A stretch of DNA of 64,000 bases from Azolla caroliniana (taxonomy: Eukaryota; Plantae; Polypodiophyta), in contig JBHGNT010000004.1 in assembly GCA_043228905.1 (NCBI GenBank), positions 20,212,001 to 20,276,000 of the forward strand, given 5' to 3'. The translations under genes were made by a program, and so were the position numbers. Under the pieces are notes generated by a model. That model had not been told where the DNA came from. It worked only from the letters and a program-made list of their open reading frames with translations, and ran no database searches. How positions within the stretch are numbered: position 1 is the first letter of the stretch; every line of letters begins with the position of its first letter. Shown here piece by piece: positions 35,519 to 49,202 of the stretch.

Positions 35519-38500
35519 CCCTCTGATTGATCAACACAACCATAGACAGCCCAAAACCCTAGGAGAAACCATAACCTATCATATACATATATCATATATG
35601 TATAGCTGTGTTTATACTCTCTCAATCTCTCTCATATTCATTGATCAGAAATACTTTCTTCCTCTTTCTCACTTTCTTTCATTTCTCTATCATTCATTTG
35701 ATTCTCTCCTCTTAACTAGAAAAACTTTAACAATGAATTGGATTGATTGTGTCCATTGGCCTTTGGATATATCCACAAGATGATAATCCATGTTGATCTG
35801 AGTGACATGAGACCATTGTCCGGGATGAATGGATTCAATGGCCGTACTACTACCTATGCTTAGCCTCCTCTTACAACATGTCCAATATTTCTAAGTCTCG
35901 GAATCCAAATTGTTCAGTCCTGACGATGTTTTCAATTGGCCATCTAGACGATCTGAATTCGGTTCTTTAGTTCAACAAAAGATAGTTGGAATCGTTGGAA
36001 AATGGCTCGGTTCAAAAGCATAAACAATATGTCATGAGAATCGCCCCCAAGTTCGAGCCCACTTGTCTTTTCCTTAGCTGGAATCATTCACACCATGAAG
36101 AACCATGGGAAGAAAGGAAATTGTCATAATATATTTGTCTCAATGCAAGGGAAGAGTTTTATTATCATCAAATCTTAGGATTTTAGGTGCTAGCCTCAAA
36201 ACATTGAGTATTAGGTTATAAGGGTTACCGATTATAGAATCTTGTTGTAACAAAGAGAAACTATATGTCTTGCATATCGTGTTCTTTTTTCAACCATTGT
36301 GAATGATGACCCCTATGAATGAGTTGTGGCTCAAAGTACAATCTCTTTCTTAGCTATTGCAAGGAGGCGTATACCTTTATGAAGTCAAGTAGTTGGAGTA
36401 TAACTTTTGAGTATTTTTTATATATTCAACTAGGATGATAGGAAGAAGAAAGGAAATCGTGAGTGGTCTCTTGGTTAAGTTGGATAAATGTTATCATGAT
36501 TGAGTTAAGCCTCATCGATGAATTTAAATTGACCAGTATGGTTCTAGACTAGCAAACACTATGTTCTATTTGCAATGGTTCATACAAGGAATAACATTCT
36601 CCAAAACAAAGACCGAGTAAATGTATATATGATATACATGACATGCATAAAAGTTTTACGTTCACACTTTTTTTGGGTGCCAATCATTCTCATGTCCATT
36701 AGAAAAAGAATTAGATGTAAAGGAGTTCTCTTTGGATCGTGCTCTACAAAATAAGAGCACAAAATAAGCTTACACCCTTCGAAATTACTTATGTGAGAGG
36801 TGAAAGAACGTCTTGTTGATGGGGACCAAGTCAACTTTATGCATAATGATTATGCTTCCTTGTGCAAACCAAGGAAATGTCAAAGTGCGAAATATCTTTT
36901 CGATATAGGCAAGAGCACCTAGACCTTTATGATGCAAAGATAGCTTTTCAACACATGCATCAAGAGAATGAGCTAGTTTTTCCTTGTCTCAATGAGTTTC
37001 CTCTTTCCAACTACAACAGACATGTCCCCTAAGAAAGAGTTTGTCGAAGCTCTAAGAAACCTTACTTGTCTGAGCCTATACAATTTCGTAAATATTATAG
37101 AATAGCTCCTACTAAATCTTCCTCCCACCTTCTTGATTCGTACATTGAACTATTTTATAATTTTTTCCAACCATGTTGATAACAAGCATAAACAAATGTT
37201 TATACTAGTATCATATGCAATGTTCATTCTAACATGTCATTAATGCAACTACATTTCCTTTTTGTAATAAATAATGTCTAGGCACAACCAAAAATATGGT
37301 TAGCACCTTCCAATTACATTTGTTTGGAATAGTTAAAATACACGGGACCAAAATCGCAAGTTTTGCTCAAGGACTATACATTTTAATCCAATCTATTTGT
37401 ACCCCTCAAACTAGAGCATGATTCATCAATGTGTTTTGACTCTTTATTATGTTATTTGTACCTCCTAGAAGCCTCCATGACAACTCCTAAGAATCCATTA
37501 TTGTTAGCCTTATCCATATATATATATCCAAAGCTTAATCAAAGGGGCATGCAAAACACAAAATAACAATTATTTCATGACATACACAAGTTTCAATTTC
37601 ACTCAGAGAATATAATCATAACTTTGGCCCTCACTTGTACAAATATAATCACTCTCATTCATATCCTCGATTAATGTGGCAAAAGGCTTATTGGCAAGGA
37701 GCTTGATTCTCCTCCCATTCTTGACTAGTCCACACCAAGCTCCCCTAAGCTCGAAGTCCTGCAATATGATTGTAAAATTGGATGTGTCATTTGAGCCAAA
37801 GTGCTTGCAAATACACTTCAATCAATACTTAGCATCAAAGTGTCAAGTCCCAGTAAATGGATAATTATAATAGTTTGATTTTGATCCACAATGGAATCAA
37901 TCTAAAACAATAATAAAGATACAATTCACAACTTTGACTATCATTTGAACATAAGTTATAGCCTCTCTAAATCATAATTCATGTGCTCCCAATCATTAGA
38001 CATTACATACACCGTCTTAAAATCTTAATCTAAATGATTATTTGGGTTGTTTAATTACAATTCATTATCAAATCAATTTAATAATAATGATGCAAAAATC
38101 ATTGTCTTTAGGGTTCACATTGTTGTCCTATGTGGGTTCATGTTGTTATCCTATGTTGGTTCAAATTGTCATCATAAATGGATTTGCATTTATCCTATTT
38201 TATTGTAATCCCTATGTTGATGATCCTAATGCTACTAGGTGATTTATTATAATCCATATTGTGGAAAGCTAACCCATGATAAAAAATCAATCCAAGATTA
38301 ACAGTGAAATTCAAAGCCACGACCTTTATGAATAATCATACATAATGTCTCTCAACATTTAAATAATTGGACTAGAAAGACCACGATCTTCCTAAAACAC
38401 AATCCATGTTTTCTTTCTATATATAATTTGATTAGACTATTATGTCCTCTATTAAATCACTATTTTCTTGAAGTGACCATCCATCTCTAAAATCATTAGA

Positions 38501-40034
38501 TTAGACCCAAAATTGGATCTTACAATTCCATTTTGTATCTCTAGATAATTAGAGCAGTCATGTCAAAACTTGCATCCATATTGTGTCTATAGATCATAAG
38601 ACTAGGCCATGCCAATACTTGCATCCATAGCGTGCCCCTAAATGATTAGACTACACCACCATGCCAACACTTAATTCATCCATGTCGATTGCCTTCTAAA
38701 TAATTAGTTGAGATCACGTTGGCACTAAAATCATCCATGTTGGTTATCACTCTAAATTATTACTATCTTGTTGACTCTTACAAAGTTGCTAGAGTGAACT
38801 CCAACCTCATTGAAAAGTCGTTGACCTAGATCCCTAAATCACATAATTTGTAACGAGACTCCGACCAATATCTCTAAACAAATTCGCACTAGCCATGTCT
38901 TGTCTTCACTAACTAAAGAACAATCATTTGGACTTTAGACCCACACCAATGTCTAAATAAAATACCATCCAAGCAACACTTGCACAAATAATTCAGACTA
39001 GTCACTAGACCACTTGGAACAACCTTAGATAAAAACATCGCTATCTAGTTCCTATCTAGCAAGACTAATATTTCGAGATTCGAGCCCACAACTCATGATA
39101 TAGGACTACAAGAAAACCAAATAGAGATATTATTATTCTTTCTTCTCTGTACATATCTAAGTCCATTCAACCATTCCATGTTGGCTTACAAAATTCCATT
39201 TGAGTGCTATTATATCTTATTATATTAGCATTAACACTTCAAGTCTTTAATACACCTGCCTTTTTTAGTCCCTATGTATTTATTGCCTATCAGTTCTAAA
39301 CTCTTTACTCCCACAAACATGCATAAACACACCTACATGTATACATGGACACACTTTTACATATTTATGCGTAGACTTAATCACAAAACCACAAATATTG
39401 GTCAACGTGGCAAAAAAACCACTCAAGAAACTGAGATAAGAAACACATAAAACTTGAGAAATCAATTGTTTTCTATTTGAGTATGTACTCCACAATAGAT
39501 TCAATATGATCTTATTCATCCTTGCAAACATAATTTTGAGTCTGCTTTTACTAGTCGAACCAATATTCATAGTTTCTTGGTCGTGAGAATAATAGTTTTT
39601 GTTGATGAAATCGAAGTATTGTGTTAGAGGGGAGAGCCAATCATTTGAGTGTTGTTGTATTCATGATATATGATGGCACCTTGTCTTGGAGATGACTATA
39701 CGTTTTATAGTGTACATACATGTGGGCCACCACATATTTGCCCAAACAACTTCTAGGGCTATGGTGGGAAGCCTACGGATTTGAAAATGACTAGAACCCT
39801 CTTTTGTCCATGTACTTTCATAGTTACTTTGGCTAGTTCCAACCTCTTCCATATGTATATGTGTCTTTATTGTGAGAGTTGATGTCGGAAAAAAATATCA
39901 AAAAAGAATAAGTTATAAAGTCAATGGAATCTACATATGCAAGGCATTACTAAAGAAACTATTAAATCACATCAAATTGGTGAATTGATTTGAAGCATAC
40001 ACAAACAATGTGAGTGACCCTAATGAGACACTAA

Positions 40035-40300
40035 ATTGTGATGGTGTACAAAAATACTTGCTAGATTGTGATGGTGTACAAACATCTCGTACAAAAATAC
40101 TTGCTAGATTGTGATGGTGTACAAACATCTCGTACAAAAATACTTGCTAGATTGTGATGGTGTACAAACTTCTTGTACAAAAATATATGCTAAAACGTGA
40201 TATCTTATGCATAGATTTATATTAAATTGTGATGTCGTACAAACCCCTTGTACTAAAAAATATGCTAAGATTGTGATGATATAGAAACACCTTGTACACA
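40035..40300. repeat. Degenerating 43-bp tandem repeat
   Basis: GATTGTGATGGTGTACAAA at 40064, 40107 and 40150, with diverged copies to ~40297. Confidence 0.9.
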
Positions 40301-42928
40301 TACATATATTGATAGTTACTTAAATGAAGAGAGAGGGAAGATCTCATAGACAAAGAGGGATTGGTATAGATCAACCAAGGAAAACCAAAATTTTCACAAC
40401 CCTTGTCATTACAAGAATTCAAGAAAGAAACAACCAAGTTAATATCCTATTTGTCAATGAACAAGTAGAGAAATGACTAGGCTAGGTATAAGTTGGTGAT
40501 ATGGTATACTTAGATATTATGTTATGAAGCTACTATTGTATGTGGATGATACCATGTTATTGGACAGAATGACACATGGTATATTAAAGATTCTATATGC
40601 ATTGGATGGCATAATATAAAAGTGTCACGGTGATTTAACAAGAAACCAATTCATGAGACCAACAATGGAGTACGTATAGGTTGGTGGTTGTGATCCTTTT
40701 GGATCGTGTGATCACAAAGTCAAACGTGAAACCTCCCTATATGGTTCTCAACCAATTCGAGCAATAAAAAGTTAAAGTAGTAGTTGTGACTTGGAATGCT
40801 AATGTGGAAGCACTCGCTACTTAGACTAACCTTTGGACTTCTTTATGGAAATTTTGTCCAAAGAGTTACATGATACATCACATGGCTAAAACATACATCA
40901 AGGGCTATATAATATGCTTACTCATAGTGGAGGTTGTTGGATGTCAATCTATCATGTGTGTGGAGTCTGTAGAACTTCTTGAGCACATCCCAAAATGGAT
41001 GTAATAACGAAGCATTGTTGATGAGGTTGTCGATTCTATACTTGTCATCTTGAAATGTTTTGGGATAGAAGGAGGGTCTCACTTGCAAGTTAATATAATG
41101 ACGTTGCAACAATACCATACACATGTGTTGGAATTTGAGAGATGAAGTCACCTTTTTTTATGAGGTTGTGAATGGCATATTGGAAACAAGGATAATGCGA
41201 CGAACATTTTTGGAAAATTCTCTTTTTTTTTGCCATATCTCTAAAGTGGCATTCTATTATTCTAAGAACTCTACTTTGAAAAGTTATTGCAAAATCCCTA
41301 GTTATGGATGAAAATTTTGCCTCGAATATTGATTATAATGATATCATATGATGGAGTATGCTCATAAAAATAGTTCAATCTTTCTTTTGGAACATAACTA
41401 TACATTTATTATATCGTGCTCTTCCTATTGTAAGAAAAATTGAATGAGATCTGAATATTCATGCACAATGCTCCTCGTACAAGAATGCCACCATAATTGT
41501 TATCTAAATTGGATCACTTCTTCTAGTATGTACTTTGATTGGCACCCATGATGTTGTTTGAAGTGGGAAGCTATTCACATGGTCGTGGCCTATCAAGCGA
41601 CAAATTAACCCCAAATTACTTTACTTTCTCTTCCTATCATGTCATCCATCCATACCTTCTTATGTTCACATAAAGGTGGCAATAATATCAGGATTTTACG
41701 CATAAGTGACATATGTCCCAATATGATTTGCTCTCTTGAAACTTCTATTGAATAAACACACATTCTCAAGGCGCAAGAATAGGTGAAAAATGAACCAAAA
41801 AATTTACTTTGAGAAATTTATAAGATACTCCTTGGTAGTGACCACATGGCCCATGTAACGTGCTTCTTTGCTAAAAATGTTTAAATTGTGGTTGCTTCGT
41901 GTAACTTGCTATATGTCAAGTTCCTTAGAAGGTAGCAACTATATTATTCACCTAGTTAATGCAATTAGGACATATATTGTAAACAAGGTAATCAGTGATT
42001 TACTTCATATCGAATTGATTGTTACGTTTTTTATTGACAAACCTTGTTAAAATACTATAAAATATATTAGAGCTCAATTGTACTCCCATTTGTAGTTCTA
42101 CGTCAAATTGTTGGAACTGTTTCTTTTCAAAGTAATTAAGTTTCACATGAAATTGTATCCAATAATACTTTTCTTAGAGCTCATTAAAACATATGATCGA
42201 AACATAAAGCTTGGTTGACAAAGCGGATACATTTATGCGTCAAACGTACAAAGCTGATAACAAGAGATGGAAAGTTGGCAAAAAGCTTTATGTTGGGAGC
42301 AAGTTCAATGAATGATTGAACATGGCATAGTTTTCGGTATTCCTTTGTTTGGAAATGATTTGGTTCACTCATATGCCCTCTTGTAAGCCTAGCCTATTAC
42401 CCCTATTGTCCTTACTGTTTTGCAAGAAATGAGTTACCAAGCACCATACCCCTTTTCTTGTGCTTTTTGAATGTGGCCTAAGTTTGGCAACCCGTGAGGG
42501 ATTCGTTGCCATTTGATAACACCAGAAGGATGTCAGTAACTAGAGAGCGACTGCCATGTCAAAGCACCAAGCTAACTAATTCCATGCCATATGAGTGGAT
42601 AGGAGGGCGTATGCCAATTGTTTCCATGTCGTACAAGATTTGGGGCCTATAGTTTTGATGAGTGAGCAAATTATTCACAGAATAAAAGAATGAGAGAAAC
42701 ATGCTTGTGGGTTTGATTGAAATGAGAAGGCGGGTGCGTGGGGGATAGGTCTCAGGAGTCGAGAATTAGAGCATGGGCTAATTAATAATGAATGAATCTC
42801 AATGCATTGCCTTTCGAGATATTACAAGTTACAACAAAAACACGAGAGTTGGAGATGACGAGATAGATTTGGAGAGAGAGAAAGAGATGAGTAATGTATT
42901 TATATAATGTATGTATAACACACCCACA

Positions 42929-43502
42929 CACATACATACATACATACATACATACATACATACATACATACATACATACATACATACATACATACATACA
43001 TACATACATACATACATACATGTATGTACATGGGGCGAAGTGAAAGGGTATGTTTTTTTTAGCTCAACGGCTTTATGTTAATTTTATTATCTTTAAAAAT
43101 AAATATTGAATTATATTCATTTATTTAAGAGCCAGCCCCATCTCCCACCCCTCGAAAAATACAAATACAAATACATAAACACACAAAAAAGAAAAAAAGA
43201 AAAAACGAAAAAAAGAAAAAACTCTACATTACATACATACTTTGGGAATTGGGAGTTCAAAACAAAAACAATTTAGACCAAAAAAGAAGAACAGGAAGAA
43301 GAAAGGGTGGGTGGGGGGGGTTATTTTGGAATTTACAAATCTAGTCTTACCACCTCTTTATACATATGTATACACATATATGTATATACATATACATATA
43401 CATACAGAAAAGACAAAAAGATCACAAAAAAACATAAGTGTAAATTACGTTAGAGCAATTGAATGAAATGAAATGAAGTGATATGACTGACTGAGTCCTG
43501 AC

Positions 43503-43546
<44 letters not shown>

Positions 43547-43746
43547 TATGTATGTATGTATGTATAATGTATGTATGTATTGAAATAGATGGAGAGAGAG
43601 CATAATTAAAGCAAATCACTCACTCACTCACTGTGTGTGTGTGTGTGTTTGTGTTTGGATCATTGATCAATATCATGTACTAATAATTACTAACTTCTGA
43701 TATACATACATACATACATACATACTACTGTATATTTATGACCCAA

Positions 43747-43778
<32 letters not shown>

Positions 43779-45100
43779 CTCTATGGTATGTATGTATGTA
43801 TCAGTATGTATGATTTGTAGATATGGGTATTTTGGGGAGGGGGGGAGAGGGTGTGTGGAATGGTCCACATTAACAATCAATCAGTCCATCAATCCTGCCA
43901 TCTCCCGATCTCTCTCTCCCATCTCTTACTTATAAAGTTATATGTATGTATGTATGTATGTATGTATCGCCCCCCTCTTCCTCCATGCTTTTTTTTCTAT
44001 TATCTATCTCTGTCTATGTATGCCACAATCAAATCAATCGAAATCCATTCCTTTTACTTTTTTCTTTTTGTTTGTACATATTGGATACATGCAAATGATG
44101 TTGATCTGCCATCTAATAATAGAGACACACCAAATTCACATACATACATATATGAAACCCACCCACCCACACAAACATGCATACATGTGTGTCCAGCCAT
44201 TGACTACAAATGCCTTAAACCCTAAACCCTATACGGACAGACAGACAGACACACACACACATAATTATTCTTCCTTTGTGTATGTCCAATGTTCATACAG
44301 TCAATCCTTGCAGATGTCCTAAATCATAGTTACATACGGATAATATGTGCGTTCTGCATCATAATAGACACATGAAATGCTTATTGATTCTATTACACAC
44401 ACACACATACATACATACATACATACATACATACATACATACATACATACATACATACTATACTATACTATCCTATACTATACTTACTCTTTCGAGGTTG
44501 CCAATTTGGACATGATGAATATGTAACTAAGTACATTACTATGCTATGCATATGATGGTTTGGCCATAGGGACATTACATTATATTGCATACATACATAG
44601 ATAGATAGTCTTGATGTTTTTCTTGAAGGGAGGGGGGGGGATAGGGTTAAGCATATATACATTCTGACTGGCTGACTGACTGACTGACTGACTGAATTGA
44701 CGTCTATGATTCATTTAATGAATGGTGTTTTCCTGCAGTTGCTGCCACTGATACTGTAAGCTTTGGCTTCTCCACTTACATGACATGCATATATGCAGAT
44801 GCAGTTACAGCCATGGCTACATAATAATCCCTCCAACATCAGTCAATCCTTAACAAACAAACAAGCATTCATACGCATACATATGAAAAACATACATAAA
44901 TGCTATATACATATGCATAACAGACTGTACATACATTTGTATGTATGTATATATGTATGAATGTATGAAGGCGTATACATTTGGAATAACGAGTACATTT
45001 AAGTATATACATACACATACATAAGAAAGGCTAGGTAGCTAGGTAGCCAGAGTATGTAGTAGTAGTAGTAGCAGTAGGAGGAGGAGGAGGAGGAGGCTCA
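42929..45100. repeat. Microsatellite-dense region: (TACA)n, (TG)n, (GA)n, (GACT)n, (AGT)n/(GGA)n
   Basis: Directly visible, e.g. (CATA)n at 42931-43021 and ~44406-44457. Confidence 0.95.
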
Positions 45101-46176
45101 TTGATTGCCTTTTTTGTCATCAAATTGCTGAATCACATAGAAAACCCCCTTTCTGAATCCTCCCCCTCTGTCTGTATCTCTGTGTCTTATTGATTATAGT
45201 TAATAAGCTCTCGATCAAGCATCTGTTATTTGTTCACAACAGAACAGAGAACCAACCAATCTACTTTTAATTTTTAGAAAGAATCATTACTATTATTAGT
45301 CTTAATCTTATGTAGAAAGAAGCCTGAAGTAGAAATAGAAGCAGTAGTAGTAAGAAGAGGAGTAGTACTCTCTGTGCGGTTCACTCTATACCAATTATTA
45401 TGTATGCATACCTGCAGAATAGGTCTTTCATTAATGTTCTCCTCCCCTCTCATCATCATTATCATTGATTATCATCATCACTACTGTTTGCAGCATTCTG
45501 TCTGTCTGTCTCTCCCCTTTTCTTTTTTGTTTGGGAAATAATGAGCTGAATGTTTAAACTATGAATTAAGTAGCCTCTTCTTACACCTCTCTTTCTCTTT
45601 CTCTTTTTCTCTCTCTCCTCCTCAATTTGATGTTTGGGTTGATTCAAATCAAATCCTACTTCAAATACAATCAGCTAATAACCTAACTAGGGTTCAAACA
45701 TAAAGAGCCTTACAATGCATTCTTTGATATATTATGCTGCATTTTTGTAGTCTTTTGTTCTTGTATACTACTAGAGTTGGTTATGTCAAGAGGATGATGA
45801 CCCAAAAGGGAATGAGTACATTCTTGAAATAGGCTTATATCATCTGTACTAATTGTTTAGCACACAGTATATAGAGTAAGCAAAAGAATTTGCAGAATGC
45901 AAAATAAACTACTGGTTCATGCATTGAATGAATACAGAGTTCAAATGATAGAGTATGGGAACTAAAATGCCATCAAGAAATCCATAGGAACAGAGAGAGA
46001 GTCCATGGATAGTAGGAGAAATTTAGCACAAAATTCACATTAGTTGATTCATAGGATAGAATTCTTGCAAAATAGGACTCGGAAGAATTGGATTCATAGG
46101 AAAGATTAGGGTTAAAAAAGGATTGTAGAATTTGGAAAACAGAAACAGAGTTACATGAGTTAGATTCATAGCACCA

Positions 46177-49100
46177 ATGGAAAGGCAAGAGAGTGGAAGC
46201 TCTAGTATTAGTTTCAATAGCTGGGGTTCTGATCTTGCTGAGGAAACTAGAGATGAATACAAAGGGTTCAAGTTCAATGGTTTAAGACAGGAAACACCAC
46301 AGCAGCAGAAGCAGAAGCAGAAGCATCATCATGAGATGATTATGTCTCAACTCTACCATCAAACCTCCCCTAATCTCCTCATTCAGCCACAAGTCCTTTG
46401 CCACAGAGACACAGCTTCGTATGCTACCAATTCACCATCTCCATCACCATCGCCATCGCCCTCATCATCATCCTCTGAACCGCTCGACATTCTTCTCTCC
46501 CAAAGACTCCCCATGTCCCAGAATGATAAAGAATGGTCAAGTGAGTGACGTGAATAAGCTCTGAATGATTGAAACATCCTTCACGTGACCGATTTGGTTT
46601 TTGTCTTGGCTCTTGCCAGGTTTGGTTTTGATGATGAAAGAGAGGTATGCAAAGCTTCTTCTGGGGGAGGATTTTTCAGGTGGATCCAAAGGATCAAATA
46701 CAGCTCTCACAATATCAAATGCCATAACCAAACTTTCCGGTAGGGATTTTATTTCTGGTTACGTTTTTGATTAGTGGTAATGGGGAGCATGCCATGGGTT
46801 ATACCCTAAAACCTGTAACTTTTATTGTGTTAAGACCTAGAATCTTTAAAATTGTGGATTTGTATTTGCTTGAACCCTAAACCCTCAACATTGTGATCTG
46901 TATTAGGCACCAACCCTCAAACCTTTAAAGTTGCACGATTTGCATTGGGTTATCTTCTGAACCTTAAACCTTCTGAGTTGCTTGGGTTAAACCCTTAAAC
47001 CCCTAAAACCCTGAAATGCCTCTATAACTTATGACCTTGTATTGGGTTAAACCGCAAATCCAAATTGTCATCACTTTTGAAATTGATGACTGCTGATGAT
47101 GTTGTAGTGGCCATTTTTGGTGATCTTTGGCGGCTTGAACCATTAAGCCGTGAGGATAAGCTCAAATGGAAGAGGGAAATGGAGTGGCTCCTCTCTCCAT
47201 GTGACTATATTGTGGAGCTCGTACCAACATCACAATCTCTTCAAGATGGAACCACTGTTGCGGTGAGTTGTCGAAAAGCCCTGGATAGTTCATGAGCCGA
47301 AATTGGATTCCAGCAGGTTGTATTGCATCATGATGATGATGATGATGCAGAATTATGGCATCTCTATGTTCACACACTCACATACCACACACATGAAAGG
47401 AGATAGAGATAAACTGAGCTGTATATGCATGTATAGCAAATGTTATGTATTTATATGATTACATATACATAAGTGTATGCCCAACGGGCCCATGAATATA
47501 CACACAGACACACACATACATGTAGATATTGTATATACATACCTGGTATGTATACCTATATGATGTGTGTTTGACATGTATATGTGGATATATAACCTAT
47601 GTGTATGTACTTGATAAGTATGCCCGTTTATGTATGTAGGTATATGAATGTGGTCTTGTTTTTCGCAGGTGATGGCGAGTAAGCCGAGGTCAGATGTTTA
47701 CGTCGGTCTCCCCGCCTTACAAAAGCTTGATGGCATGCTGTTGGTATAAAAAAATCTACCAAATGCATATACAAAATTTGCAATTCACAATACAATGCAA
47801 CTCTGTAATCATCATCACATCATAATAATAACAAAATGGAACTGATGTGGATTTGCCGGTAAATTTGCAGGACATCTTAGAAAGCTTCAAGAGCACCGAG
47901 TTCTGGTATGCTGACAGTGTACATGAGAGGCCTTCCAATGTGATGATGATGAGGGAGTCGTCGTCATCATCGTCATCGTGTGGCGGTGAAGAAGTTTGGA
48001 TACCAGTGGCGAAAGTGGCATCTTGCGGTCTCTCTGAGAGGGCACGCCGGCATCTGTCTGGCCAGCGAGAGGCCGCAAATCAGATCCTCAAGGCTGCCAA
48101 ATCCATCAATGAGCATGTCTTGTCAGAGATGGAGATACCTGAAACCTACTGGAAATCACTCCCCAGAGTAAAGCCAGCAATAACTCTCTCTCACTCTAAT
48201 CCATGAGTGCCATCTACTTATGAAGGAACAAAGAACACAGAATCTACTAGTAAAATTTTGGTTGAAGTGTCACATGATTAGCATAAAAAGTAGTGATTTT
48301 GTATGGGTGCTGTGATAATCCCTCATTCTCTTAAAAGGGTTTAATTGCTGTTTTTAAAAGATTTTTGGTAGCTTTTCTGTAGGCGAATTAACTTGGCAAA
48401 GGATGTATTACACAAGTTTAATGTGGTGCAATGATAATGCAGAGTGGAAAAAAGGTAATGATGGAAGAATCCCCATTGAAGATCATCACTTCGGAGTATT
48501 GTTGTTTTGAGGCATTGTTGTCCACATTGGACTATCCATCCTATAGAAGCCTTTCAAACCTTGCTAGTGGGCTAGAATCACTTATCCAAGTTTGGACACT
48601 CAAGATAAGGAATAGGCTCAAACACATACCCCATCCTGAAGATTCAATGTCATGCCGTGCAGCACCAGCGTGGGCTCATATGAACAAGGATGCTTCGTTG
48701 AAGAAGGTCGAGACGAAGAGGAAGTATGTCGAAAGAGCTCAAAGCTTGCTAACTGAGCTAAGACATAGGTTCCCAGGCTTGCTTCAAACATCCTTGGAAC
48801 TTAGCAAAATCCAGCACAACAAGGTGATTACATGAAAGTCTGTTTTGTTGGTAATTTGCATTAATTTAAATCTTGTAAGCATGGTAACAAGTATTAACTG
48901 CACAAAGACAAGCCCTATTGTTTTATTGTGTTGTTTCTAAGTGTTTGTAATTCATCATTTCTTAGGATGTAGGCTATGCCGTCTTGGAGAGCTACTCACG
49001 GGTTCTTGTCAACCTTGCTGCACGGATACAAACAAGGATCGGAGAAGTGATTTCTGCTGACAAGGATGCAGTGTTGTCTCGCCTCCAATCACTAAATGCA

Positions 49101-49202
49101 AATGCGAACTGTAAGGGGCTTGCAGATGGTCCATTGATAACATCACCAGGCGGACCACGTATAAAGCCTGATGGATCCACAAGACTGTCCACCAAAGAAT
49201 GA
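46177..49202 (+). CDS. ROPGEF: PRONE-domain Rop guanine nucleotide exchange factor, 7 exons, ~542 aa
   Basis: Exons 46177-46540, 46620-46739, 47108-47262, 47669-47743, 47871-48167, 48443-48823 and 48966-49202. All introns are GT-AG and the frame is consistent (1629 nt). Motifs [42 protein letters not shown] and IQHNKDVG..LESYSRV. The start codon is less certain. Confidence 0.93.

Noticed and set aside
40530-40572. LLYVDD..GQN-like copia RT trace
   Set aside because: Too short and isolated to define an element.
42782-44662. ORFs such as MYVCMYVC... (also the ICIC/QIQI ORFs at 52143-52611)
   Set aside because: These are translations of microsatellites.
44700-44830. Possible miRNA hairpin in the non-coding region upstream of RopGEF
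   Set aside because: No conserved miRNA sequence was recognised and no convincing long stem was found by eye.
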